Assembly (NCBI GenBank): GCA_004376325.1 | Contig: SOKC01000123.1 | Location: forward strand, 1 to 35,622 | Length of the DNA: 35,622 bases | Source: Actinomycetota bacterium | GTDB taxonomy: Bacteria > Actinomycetota > Humimicrobiia > Humimicrobiales > Humimicrobiaceae | Direction: 5' to 3' | Part shown: positions 27,057 to 35,622 of the stretch, piece after piece | How positions within the stretch are numbered: position 1 is the first letter of the stretch | Layout: each line of letters starts with the position of its first letter | Notes under the pieces: generated by a model | Told to the model about the DNA's origin: nothing | Database searches by the model: none | What the model saw: the letters and a program-made list of their open reading frames with translations, nothing else | Made by a program: the position numbers and the translations under genes

Positions 27057-28889
27057 ATGAGTGGTATTAGTAAATTTTTAAAATATAATAAAAGATGGAT
27101 TTATCTTGCAGTTATAATTGTTATTATAGCTGCTGCAGCATCATATTCTACATATTATTATTTTAAGGTTTACCTGACAAGGCCAAATTTTGATGATGAG
27201 TCATTTAATTTTATATCCAGTGATTCAAACGAATATGTAAAACCCGGGGAACAAATAACATATATAATAAATTATAAGAATACGGGAAACAGGGATGTAG
27301 ATAATCTGGAAATAGAGTCAAAGGTACCAGAACATGCAGTTTTTATATCATCAAACCATGATGAAATTTTAGAAAATACCAGTGGAGCATTAACTTTTAA
27401 AGTTGGTGATGTTGAAAAGGATAGAAAGGGTACAATAGCTTTTACAGTTGAAGTAAACAAACCACTGGATGATGGTACTTTGATTGTATTTGATGGAGCG
27501 AAATTTAATTATAAGATTGGCCAGGATACTTTTAATAGAGAGGTCAGTGAAGATTTAAGTAATAAAGTTGAAAGCAGTCCCGATCTAAATAACTTTGATT
27601 TAGAAGCTGTTGATATAAATGGCGGAGTATTAAGATTAGGTGACATAATACAATATAAACTGGTAGTGGAAAATACTGGCGATATGAACGCTGCTAATGT
27701 AGAAATCAAAAGTAATTTATCAAAAAATGTAACTATAGTTGAAAGTTCTATTACTGATTCAGGTGAGTATAAGAGTAGTAGTGTCTTATGGAATATTGAT
27801 AATTTAGAAATAAATAAACCTAAAACTTTTTCATTTAAAGTCATAGTAAATGATGATTTAACTTCTGAAGAACTTATTACTAATAGTAGTGCCTTAAAAT
27901 ATGGGTCTGATGTTGTCATTGAAAAATCAGTAGAAGAAAAACTGAGCCTTTTTACTGATTTAACTACGTCAGAGGCATTTTTATATGATGTAAATGGTGG
28001 GCATCTTTGGGCTGGTGAGACCATAAATGCAAAAATTGTCATTAGAAATACTGGTGAAAAAGCAGAAGAAAGTTATCGGCTTATTTGTCCTACACCAGGG
28101 GGAGCAACTTATATCAGCAGGTCAGGTACTGCTGAAGGAATTAGCTGGAGTGATGATATAAGAGGACTGATTTGGGACTTAAAGAATCTGGGAGTGGGGG
28201 AAGAAAAAGAAATAATTTTTAATATGAAGGTAAATGAAAGTTTGGTTAATTCAGGTGGGGTAATAACTACCGATTTTAAGATTGAAAGCAGTAGTGGAGA
28301 AATAGAAATACCGTCCAAAAGTATAAATGTTAGAGGGCGTGTTAATATGACTATCGTAGCGATGGGTGATTCTTTAATAACCAAGTCTAATTGGGTGCAA
28401 ACGTTTGATGAACTTCTGGAAGCTAATTATCCATATGCAGATTATAATACGATTGCAAGTGCAAAGGGTGGTGAAATGGCTCGTAACGGTTATGCAAGAT
28501 TTGACAGCACAGTTGCAGTTCATAATCCACAAATAATCATAATAGCTTATGGGACTAATGATGCTGGCGTTGGACTTTGGAATTTCAGAGACAATCTGGA
28601 AGGTATTGTGATTAAGTCAAAGAATTTAGGTGCGAGAGTGTTTATAAATCTTATTGGTCCTATTGACTGGCCGGGGAAAGAAGATTATCCTAAATATAAT
28701 GATGAGATTAGACAAATTGCTGCCAGAAATGGTGCTGTTGTTATAGATGTATTGACTCCTCTTTCACAAAACCCAGGGGGATATTTTGTTGATAGAATGC
28801 ATTACAGTTCCGCTGGTGCTTCAGTTGTAGCACATACAGTATTTAGTTATGTCTCTCAATATCTGGGTGATATTGGTCAGAGGCTGTAA
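27057..28889 (+). CDS. Membrane-anchored protein with three DUF11-like Ig repeats and a C-terminal SGNH domain
   Basis: N-terminal TM; three repeats of G(E/D).I.(Y/A).(I/L)...NTG....W/F; SGNH blocks GDSL, GG, GTND and DRMH. Confidence 0.8.
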   Translation: MSGISKFLKYNKRWIYLAVIIVIIAAAASYSTYYYFKVYLTRPNFDDESFNFISSDSNEYVKPGEQITYIINYKNTGNRDVDNLEIESKVPEHAVFISSNHDEILENTSGALTFKVGDVEKDRKGTIAFTVEVNKPLDDGTLIVFDGAKFNYKIGQDTFNREVSEDLSNKVESSPDLNNFDLEAVDINGGVLRLGDIIQYKLVVENTGDMNAANVEIKSNLSKNVTIVESSITDSGEYKSSSVLWNIDNLEINKPKTFSFKVIVNDDLTSEELITNSSALKYGSDVVIEKSVEEKLSLFTDLTTSEAFLYDVNGGHLWAGETINAKIVIRNTGEKAEESYRLICPTPGGATYISRSGTAEGISWSDDIRGLIWDLKNLGVGEEKEIIFNMKVNESLVNSGGVITTDFKIESSSGEIEIPSKSINVRGRVNMTIVAMGDSLITKSNWVQTFDELLEANYPYADYNTIASAKGGEMARNGYARFDSTVAVHNPQIIIIAYGTNDAGVGLWNFRDNLEGIVIKSKNLGARVFINLIGPIDWPGKEDYPKYNDEIRQIAARNGAVVIDVLTPLSQNPGGYFVDRMHYSSAGASVVAHTVFSYVSQYLGDIGQRL

Positions 28890-28937
28890 TATTTTAAATG
28901 TTTGTTTTTTTATTATAAACATAGATAAGGTCAGAAT

Positions 28938-29099
28938 ATGATGTGGAAGATATGGATAATTAAATTTTTATATTATTTATTTTTTGGAATTATCTTTTTA
29001 ATAGCTGTTTTTATTTTCTTAGAAATAATGGATATTGGTTTTTATAAAGAATATTTTGGTGATTTTATTTATAATATGATTGATAAGTTAAATTTTTAA
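28938..29099 (+). CDS. Putative 53-aa single-TM small protein (not in the ORF track)
   Basis: MMWKIWIIKFLYYLFFGIIFLIAVFIFLEIMDIGFYKEYFGDFIYNMIDKLNF; TAAGG upstream; fills most of the intergenic gap. Confidence 0.5.
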   Translation: MMWKIWIIKFLYYLFFGIIFLIAVFIFLEIMDIGFYKEYFGDFIYNMIDKLNF

Positions 29100-29148
29100 A
29101 TCTCTGGTTTTTTTCTTGAATATTCATTAGGGTAAGGATTCTTATATA

Positions 29149-30192
29149 TCATGATTTACTGTTAGATAGTTTTTTAGTGGTTGAATGTTTTATATAATTA
29201 GGCCTTACACTATACGTGATACCCCCAATTATTCCAATAAATATTAACATTAAAAATATTAACAGGGCGCATATGGCAGCTTGCTCACTACCTACTCCCA
29301 TTGCTGTTATAATAAAGACCAGAGTATTTTCTCTAATTCCTATTCCTCCAATTGAAATAGGGACCATAGCAATGATAGTCACCACTGGAACTATAAATAT
29401 AAAGGCGGTTAAATTCAAATTAATTCCTAAAGATTTCGCAGCGAGGAAATAATTTAATATAACTGCGAATTGGAGTAAAAAACTATATATCAATACCCTG
29501 ACAAGAACCCATTTAAATTTTTTAAAACTTAAAAAAGTAAAATAAATATTGGCTAATTTTTCTTTTACTTTCTTTAAAAATTTTATTTTATTTATTAGTT
29601 TATTTAACCGGAGTATGGAAGGATTTAGTATAAGAAATGCAATGATAATACATATTATAAAGAATATTATTACTGGAATTATAAAAGACCGATTTCCAAT
29701 TGCTGTAAATCCTAAAAATAGTGCTATGATAGCATAAGTTGAAGCACTTATAATACCTGAAAATCTTTCTACTATAATTATTGAGGCGGATGTCTCAATC
29801 GGTATATTAGCTTTTTTAGCTGCATCATAAGTTCTAAAAACATCTCCGCCTATACTTGTAGGTAGAAAATTATTAAAGAAAAAACCTATGAGAACTGTGA
29901 GAGTTAAGGTAGTGGTACCAAGTTTTACTTTTTGAGTTCCAAGTAAGGTGTTCCATCTGACAGCAGTAATCCATATGCCAAAAATATGTGTGGACAGAGA
30001 AAGTATTAGCAAAGGCTTATTTACAGATTTTATAATTTCAAGGGCACTTCTTATATCCTTAAACTGTGTTTTTACAAGAAAAACAATTAATGAAACACTA
30101 ATTATTATTCTAACCAGCAGGAGTATTAGTTTTTTATTTTCTCTGTAGAAGGATATAATTCTGTTTTTCATTTTTTTATTTATTATTCTCAA
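29149..30192 (-). CDS. LPG-synthase TM flippase-like membrane protein
   Basis: RW..LL, NNFLPTSIGGDVFR, ER and PISIGGIGIRE motifs; the start may be ATG 30171. Confidence 0.85.
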   Translation of the reverse strand: MRIINKKMKNRIISFYRENKKLILLLVRIIISVSLIVFLVKTQFKDIRSALEIIKSVNKPLLILSLSTHIFGIWITAVRWNTLLGTQKVKLGTTTLTLTVLIGFFFNNFLPTSIGGDVFRTYDAAKKANIPIETSASIIIVERFSGIISASTYAIIALFLGFTAIGNRSFIIPVIIFFIICIIIAFLILNPSILRLNKLINKIKFLKKVKEKLANIYFTFLSFKKFKWVLVRVLIYSFLLQFAVILNYFLAAKSLGINLNLTAFIFIVPVVTIIAMVPISIGGIGIRENTLVFIITAMGVGSEQAAICALLIFLMLIFIGIIGGITYSVRPNYIKHSTTKKLSNSKS

Positions 30193-30936
30193 CTATTTTC
30201 TAGACCTTGCAACCCTGGCAGGAATTCCTGCTGCTATTGAGTGTGGAGGTATATCTTTAGATACCACCGATCCAGCTCCAATAATAGTTTCTTTCCCAAT
30301 GGTAGTATTATCAAATATTTTAGCACCTGCTCCAATCCAGCAGTTTTTTTCAATTTTTATACCATGTGAAGGTTTATTCTGTTCAGATATGGGAATGTCT
30401 GTTCTGGAATAATCATGCCCGCCTCCAATAATATAGACATAAGCAGCAATTAATGTATTCTCACCAACTGTCACTTTACTTCCAGAAAATATTTCACTAT
30501 TAAATCCTATATTTACATTTTTTTCGAGAATAATATCACCATTTTTACAGCTTAATATGCTATTTCTACCAATAAAAACTTGTTCTTTTATGTATATACC
30601 TTTATTATCCAGTCCTTTAGCATCCAGCACACAGTAGTCATCAATTACCACATCGCTTTCGATTGTTATCTTATAAGGATGTCTTAAGGTTATGGCTCTG
30701 CCGAAGATAACTCCTTTTCCAACTTTTTTAAGCAACAGAGGGTAGAAAAGATTTCTAAATAAAATACCTATTGCTCCTGGCATGTTTTGAAAAAGCATTG
30801 TTATTATCTCGTATTTCATTAAGCTGAGCATTCCTTTCTTACCCACAAATAAATCCATATACTTAGAAATTGTAGACTGATTTTTTGCAAAAAGATGCTT
30901 TTGTATTTTATCCTCATATCTCTCTATTTTAATCAT
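30193..30936 (-). CDS. Hexapeptide-repeat (LbH) acyltransferase
   Basis: Repeated (I/V)G hexapeptides, GGHD, CWIGAGAKI and IIGAGSVVSKDIP....AGIPAR. Confidence 0.88.
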   Translation of the reverse strand: MIKIERYEDKIQKHLFAKNQSTISKYMDLFVGKKGMLSLMKYEIITMLFQNMPGAIGILFRNLFYPLLLKKVGKGVIFGRAITLRHPYKITIESDVVIDDYCVLDAKGLDNKGIYIKEQVFIGRNSILSCKNGDIILEKNVNIGFNSEIFSGSKVTVGENTLIAAYVYIIGGGHDYSRTDIPISEQNKPSHGIKIEKNCWIGAGAKIFDNTTIGKETIIGAGSVVSKDIPPHSIAAGIPARVARSRK

Positions 30937-30988
30937 CTCCTTTTTTATATCCTGTATTATTAAATGTTGTGATTAAGGTATTTTAATA

Positions 30989-31969
30989 TTATATATATCC
31001 ATTATCTATATACCATTTTGCGGTGAGATGTATACCTGTTTTTAAGTCAAATTCAGGCTTGTAACCTAAAACTCTTTTAGCTTTAGAAATATCAAAAGCT
31101 CTATTCTTTTTAAAAAAGGCAATTCTTCTGCGATATAAGGGAGGCTTCTTCCCGAAGGGTTTATAAATATATTCTATTATGGCAGATAAAATTTCTACAG
31201 GTATTAATGGTAAATGGATCTTTGGTAACTTAACATCAAATTCGTCTGCGATAATTTGAAATAATTCATTTAAAGTTGTATATCTTTCACCTCCTATAAT
31301 AAATACTTCTCCTATTGCCTCTTTTTTTTCTGATGCAAGGATGAAGCCTGAAACTAAATCTTTAATATATACCATATGATAAAGGGCATTGCCGCTGCCG
31401 ATCATATATAATTTTTTATGAGCTATCATTCTGAACATTTTAAGCAACCTTAAATCTCCAGGCCCATATATAGCACAGGGCCTGACAACAGAAGCGGGAA
31501 GTTTTTTATCTCTTACATATCTTAGCACCTCTTTTTCCGCTGCACACTTCGATTCTTGATAAACATCTCCCGGGCTATAGGGTGCTGTTTCATCGGCAGG
31601 TGGATTTTTAACCGAACTTACTACTCCAATAGTACTGCAGTACACAAATCTTGAAACTTCATACTTTAAGCAGGCGTTAATTATATTTCTTGTGCCTTTG
31701 AAATTTACATCCCAGTAGGCTTTTGCAGGAAGGTTTGCCTCTCTGTATGCTGCAGCAATATTGAATACCTTATCAGTGCCTTTGACAGCCCTGAATACAC
31801 TATCCTTGTCAGTGATATCTCCAATTATTACTTCGGCTCCAAGTTTTTTTAGATTATCAATTTTACTTGTAGGTCTTGCTAACACTCTAACATTTATATT
31901 CCGATCTAATAATTTTTTTACTAAATGCCCACCAGTAAATCCACTACCTCCAGTAACAAGAGCTTTCAT
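30989..31969 (-). CDS. NAD-dependent epimerase/dehydratase (extended SDR)
   Basis: TGGSGFTG, CST, YQESK (YxxxK) and RPCAIYGPGD motifs. Confidence 0.85.
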   Translation of the reverse strand: MKALVTGGSGFTGGHLVKKLLDRNINVRVLARPTSKIDNLKKLGAEVIIGDITDKDSVFRAVKGTDKVFNIAAAYREANLPAKAYWDVNFKGTRNIINACLKYEVSRFVYCSTIGVVSSVKNPPADETAPYSPGDVYQESKCAAEKEVLRYVRDKKLPASVVRPCAIYGPGDLRLLKMFRMIAHKKLYMIGSGNALYHMVYIKDLVSGFILASEKKEAIGEVFIIGGERYTTLNELFQIIADEFDVKLPKIHLPLIPVEILSAIIEYIYKPFGKKPPLYRRRIAFFKKNRAFDISKAKRVLGYKPEFDLKTGIHLTAKWYIDNGYI

Positions 31970-31984
31970 AATGATTCTCCATCG

Positions 31985-32986
31985 TTATTTTCTTAAATTA
32001 TCTTTCAAAAATATCCCTAAGTATTCTCTTGGGATTCCTATAAATGTTCTCCTCCTGATTCTATCACAATCTTTACATGGTATAATTTTATTCATTTTGC
32101 TAGTTTTAAATTTTTTTCTTATATCTTTTATTGTTTTATGATTGAAAATTTCCTTTATTGAATTTTTATTTAGATCTCCAAGTAAAATTTTTCCTAAGAA
32201 ATCCTGTGGGCATAAATAGACTTTTCCATTATAAAAAATAGTAAGTGAATACCAGGGAAATGTGCATGAAATTGTCCTTTTATTTTCTTCGTAATTTTTC
32301 CCCAGTTCTTTTAGTTTTAGAAAACCTCCCCAGTTATGGGGATGTCTTGTGACCAACTTATCTAATGGAAGATTACTGAATCTTTTTAAAAATTTCTTTT
32401 TTTGTTCCATAATTTCTTCCAGGGATAATTTATCGTCAAATTCCATAACTTGAATAATAGTGAAAGGTTTCTTTGATTTTAATTCTTTTTTTATTCTTAA
32501 GAAGTCAATTATATTATTTAAGCTTTTTTCATAACTTGCCCCAATTCTATTTTTCTCATAGGTCTTTTTGGTGTACCCATCAAAAGAAAATGAAATCAGA
32601 TCCAGACCTGATAATATTATTTTCTTGCTAAGTTCTGGATTAAGCAGTGTAGCGTTAGTATGGATTCTTGTCTTGATACCCCTGCTTTTGGCATAAGAAA
32701 TTATTGGTATAAGTTTTGGATGTAAGAGTGGCTCGCCTCTATGGAAAAGGTTAATATCATAAACATTACCTGCTGCTTCATTTATTATTTTTTTATATAA
32801 ATCAAAATCCATATCCCCCTTTAAGCTGGGAGGAATATCTTTATTTACACAGAGCCTGCATTTTAAATTACATCTGCTGGTAATTTCTACCCATAATCTT
32901 ACAGGCATGTAATTACAATTACTTTTTTTTAAGATATAATTTAAGTAGATTCTGGCAAGATTAAAGAAGTGACTTATTTTCTTCAT
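31985..32986 (-). CDS. Radical SAM protein with a SPASM/Twitch auxiliary Fe-S domain
   Basis: CNLKCRLC (CxxxCxxC), GEPLLHP, TNA and SFDG; C-terminal CTFPW...GKV.LC..D...LGD...CKDC. Confidence 0.88.
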   Translation of the reverse strand: MKKISHFFNLARIYLNYILKKSNCNYMPVRLWVEITSRCNLKCRLCVNKDIPPSLKGDMDFDLYKKIINEAAGNVYDINLFHRGEPLLHPKLIPIISYAKSRGIKTRIHTNATLLNPELSKKIILSGLDLISFSFDGYTKKTYEKNRIGASYEKSLNNIIDFLRIKKELKSKKPFTIIQVMEFDDKLSLEEIMEQKKKFLKRFSNLPLDKLVTRHPHNWGGFLKLKELGKNYEENKRTISCTFPWYSLTIFYNGKVYLCPQDFLGKILLGDLNKNSIKEIFNHKTIKDIRKKFKTSKMNKIIPCKDCDRIRRRTFIGIPREYLGIFLKDNLRK

Positions 32987-33000
32987 TTTACTTTTATTTT

Positions 33001-34008
33001 TTATGAGATTATATCTTTAATTACATAGGTTGGCTTCTCTTGAGCTTCGTGATAAATCCGCATGGTAATTTCTGCTAGCAGCCCCATAGTGATAAGCTGG
33101 ATACCTATAAAAATCATAAAGATTGAAAGTATAAAAAGCGGTCTATCAGCCAATCCTTGATTAAAAAATATTCTCATAATAATTAAGTAGGCAGTTATTA
33201 TAAAACCAACTGTACCGGAAAAGAGTCCAACCAGTCCAAATATCTGTATGGGTCTTTGTGAATAGCTTAAAAGAAATTTTATAGTGATTATATCAAGGAT
33301 AACCCTTATAGTTCTTGAAATTCCATATTTTGATTTGCCAAATTTTCTGCTGTGATGTGTTACCGGGATCTCAGCCACTTTTACTCCCATCCAGCTGGCT
33401 ACTGCTGGAATGTATCTGTGCATCTCTCCGTAAAGTTCTATATTTTTTACCACTTCTCTCTTGTAAGCCTTAAGTGTACAGCCATAGTCATGAAGATAAA
33501 CTCCAGTTAATTTTGATATAATTTTATTTGCAATAACTGAAGGAAATCTCCTGGTAATGGCTTTATCTTTTCTATTTTTTCTCCACCCACTTACTATATC
33601 GTAACCTTCATTTAATTTATTTAACATTACTGGAATATCCTGAGGATCATTCTGCAGGTCAGCATCAAGAGTAATAATTGCATCTCCTTTGGAATAATTA
33701 AACCCGGCACTTATTGCAGCAGTCTGGCCAAAATTTCTTCTAAATCTTATAATTTTGTAAGAGCTGTTTTTTTTGTGAATTTCCAGTAATTTATTATATG
33801 TCCCGTCAACACTCCCATCGTCAATAAAAATTACCTCATAATCTATGCCTAATTTTAAAAGTGATTTGTCTAATTCTTTATAGAGACGATCAACACTTTC
33901 CCTCTCGTTATATATTGGAATAACAATGGATAAATCTATTTTTTCTTTAGAATTATTATTAATGGTATTAGTATTATCAATTGAATTTGTTTTAATTCTA
34001 TTAGTCAT
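33001..34008 (-). CDS. ArnC/GtrB-like GT2 polyprenyl-phosphate glycosyltransferase with two C-terminal TMs
   Basis: IPIYNE, IDDGS.D, RNFGQTAA, LDADLQNDP, DYGC.LK.Y and GEMHRYIP motifs. Confidence 0.88.
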   Translation of the reverse strand: MTNRIKTNSIDNTNTINNNSKEKIDLSIVIPIYNERESVDRLYKELDKSLLKLGIDYEVIFIDDGSVDGTYNKLLEIHKKNSSYKIIRFRRNFGQTAAISAGFNYSKGDAIITLDADLQNDPQDIPVMLNKLNEGYDIVSGWRKNRKDKAITRRFPSVIANKIISKLTGVYLHDYGCTLKAYKREVVKNIELYGEMHRYIPAVASWMGVKVAEIPVTHHSRKFGKSKYGISRTIRVILDIITIKFLLSYSQRPIQIFGLVGLFSGTVGFIITAYLIIMRIFFNQGLADRPLFILSIFMIFIGIQLITMGLLAEITMRIYHEAQEKPTYVIKDIIS

Positions 34009-34969
34009 AAAATGAGCTTCCTTCTTCCTTTTTTTTATACCATTTTATAAAGTTTTCGATACCTTCCTCTATAGAGGTCTCAGGTTGATATTTTAACATT
34101 TTTTTAGCTTTTCTAATATCAGCATAAGTTGTAAACACATCCCCGGGTTGAGCATCTGCATATTTTATAACAGCTTTGCGGTTAATTGCTTTTTCTATTA
34201 AGTTTATCAGTTTTAATAAATTAATTGGTTTTGAGTTGCCTAAATTTATAATTTCATATCCATTGATCTTATCGAGGCTGCTAATAATACCAGAGATTAT
34301 GTCATCAATATAGGTATAATCCCGTGATGAGGTTCCATTGCCATATACTTCTATAGGTTTTTCCTCTAATATGTGTCTGGTAAATTTATGAATAGCCATT
34401 TCAGGTCTCTGGCGTGGGCCATAAACGGTGAATAACCTGAAGCAAAGAATAGAGATATCGTATAGATGATGGTAGGTGTAACAAATAAGCTCACCTGATT
34501 TTTTGGTTGCAGCATAAGGAGATATTGGATTATCTACATTATCATCTTCTGAAAATGGGACTTTTTTGTTGTCACCATATACTGAAGACGAAGAGGCGAA
34601 AATGAATTTTTTTATGCCATAATCTTTGCAGGCTTCTAAAAGATTAATGGTTCCTTGAACATTTACTGCTTCATAAAGCAAAGCATTGCTTAACGAGGGT
34701 CTTACACCTGCTCTTGCAGCCAGGTGAATTATTATGTTTATCTTTTGAGCTGAGAATATCTCATTTATCTTTTCCTTATTTAATATGTCTAACCTGTATA
34801 AGGTGAAATTTTTGTTATCTATAATATTTTTTAGGTTGTTTTCCTTTATTTTTGGGTTATAGTAATTATTAAAATTGTCTATGCAGATTATTTTGTGATT
34901 CAGATCTATTAATTTTTCACAGAGATGGGAGCCTATAAATCCAGCTCCACCAGTAATAAGTATATACAT
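34001..34969 (-). CDS. UDP-glucuronate 4-epimerase-like SDR
   Basis: TGGAGFIG, HLAARAGVRPS, ASSSSVYG, SPYAATKK, YGPRQRPEMA and RDYTYIDD motifs. Confidence 0.8.
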   Translation of the reverse strand: MYILITGGAGFIGSHLCEKLIDLNHKIICIDNFNNYYNPKIKENNLKNIIDNKNFTLYRLDILNKEKINEIFSAQKINIIIHLAARAGVRPSLSNALLYEAVNVQGTINLLEACKDYGIKKFIFASSSSVYGDNKKVPFSEDDNVDNPISPYAATKKSGELICYTYHHLYDISILCFRLFTVYGPRQRPEMAIHKFTRHILEEKPIEVYGNGTSSRDYTYIDDIISGIISSLDKINGYEIINLGNSKPINLLKLINLIEKAINRKAVIKYADAQPGDVFTTYADIRKAKKMLKYQPETSIEEGIENFIKWYKKKEEGSSFYD

Positions 34970-35115
34970 GTTAATGTTTTTAAAAAGCTTTTAAATTATT
35001 CTGTAATGGTAATAAAATTATTAACTAATTATACACAAAAAAAAATTTTAGCAATATTGAATTTTTTAAGTTTTGCTAGTTGAGCTTGGTGTTTAAAAAT
35101 AATATATTAAAATTC

Positions 35116-35159
35116 TTGTTCCTAATAGACACAAGGCATCTATAGAGAGATAATTCCAT
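35116..35159 (-). pseudogene. Possible degenerate GT2 N-terminal relic
   Basis: ATG 13 nt after the upstream stop; reads MELSLY-(frameshift)-MPCVY*EQ versus the GT2 start pattern MELSIVMPCLNEE. Confidence 0.3.
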
Positions 35160-35172
35160 TTTTTTTATGTTT

Positions 35173-35622
35173 TTATTTATAAAAATCAATTTTACTAAAA
35201 TAAACTGCTAAGTTTCGATTATCATTATTTATCCCAAGTTGTATAGGGCTTATTAAATATTTAAATTTAAATTTTAAAATATTATATTCCTCTATTAATA
35301 ATTCTTTGGGGATAGTAAGGGTATATTTTTTTTGCTCAGGGCTATCTAAAGTAAATTTTCCTATATTATTACCATTTAAAAAAATTTCTACTGTCTGGTC
35401 TATTTCGGGAGTGTATAATGACATCATGGTTATATCAAGATTATAATTTGTCTGATCTTCAAAGTTTAAGAAGAGCAAAGACTCTTTCTGGTTGGCCCAT
35501 GTTCCAAGTTCATCTATAAAAGACCAGCCATAATTTAAATAATTAGAATTATTTAATTCATTAAATAAAAAGGTAAATTTATTATCATCAAGATCAACTT
35601 TTATTATCTCTTCTGATGTTGG
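35173..35622 (-). CDS. C-terminal extracytoplasmic beta-sandwich domain of a larger protein; 5'-truncated by window
   Basis: The frame is open to the window end (149 aa). GWS..E.GTW, V...LNG, N.L.F and SP..LG...DNRNLAV resemble domains appended to GT-C or sulfatase-like envelope proteins. Confidence 0.7.
   Translation of the reverse strand, partial: PTSEEIIKVDLDDNKFTFLFNELNNSNYLNYGWSFIDELGTWANQKESLLFLNFEDQTNYNLDITMMSLYTPEIDQTVEIFLNGNNIGKFTLDSPEQKKYTLTIPKELLIEEYNILKFKFKYLISPIQLGINNDNRNLAVYFSKIDFYK

Noticed and set aside
9159-30192. Calling the four LPG-synthase-TM genes mprF
   Set aside because: They are only 320-360 aa and lack the cytoplasmic aminoacyl-transferase domain.
3892-32141. Short ORFs in the track overlapping long genes (e.g. 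3892, 5292, 8026, 12018, 13401, 17240, 22518, 25202, 25569, 26589, 27272, 27509, 28109, 29216, 29549, 29948, 31761)
   Set aside because: Antisense or alternate-frame shadows of well-supported genes, with no recognisable motifs.
1-35622. CRISPR arrays, tRNA/rRNA genes, IS elements, integrases, strong intrinsic terminators
   Set aside because: No regularly spaced repeats, structured RNA signatures, transposase or recombinase motifs, or GC-rich hairpin plus U-tract were recognised by eye; a covariance-model scan would be needed to exclude small RNAs.

Overview
AT-rich bacterial window (roughly 30% GC by eye) that is almost entirely one cell-envelope glycan biosynthesis and decoration locus. It starts in the 3' end of a Wzt ABC ATPase with a C-terminal carbohydrate-binding domain, followed by a hicB-hicA toxin-antitoxin pair. 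The rest holds a UbiA-type polyprenyl-phosphate phosphoribosyltransferase plus HAD phosphatase, a GT4, two divergent bifunctional GTs (GT4-GT2 and GT2-GT4), rfbD, four LPG-synthase-TM (flippase-like) paralogs, two GT2 polyprenyl-P-sugar synthases (one with DUF2304), four GT-C-type membrane transferases (one DUF2723/TMEM260-like), two SGNH proteins, and a radical SAM/epimerase/acyltransferase operon. The best candidate for an undescribed system is a three-gene operon at 15200-18389: a small YLDAGTGS membrane peptide, a kinase-like plus methyltransferase fusion (NoeA-like, resembling a domain-reversed WbdD) and an LtaS-like Thr-nucleophile phosphotransferase. The intergenic DNA also holds several gene relics missing from the ORF track (a DUF2723 N-terminus copy in inverted orientation and up to three GT2 fragments) and an unlisted 53-aa membrane ORF, which suggests repeated cassette exchange. 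No rRNA, tRNA, CRISPR array or transposase was recognised. All family calls come from motif recognition by eye, not from database searches.
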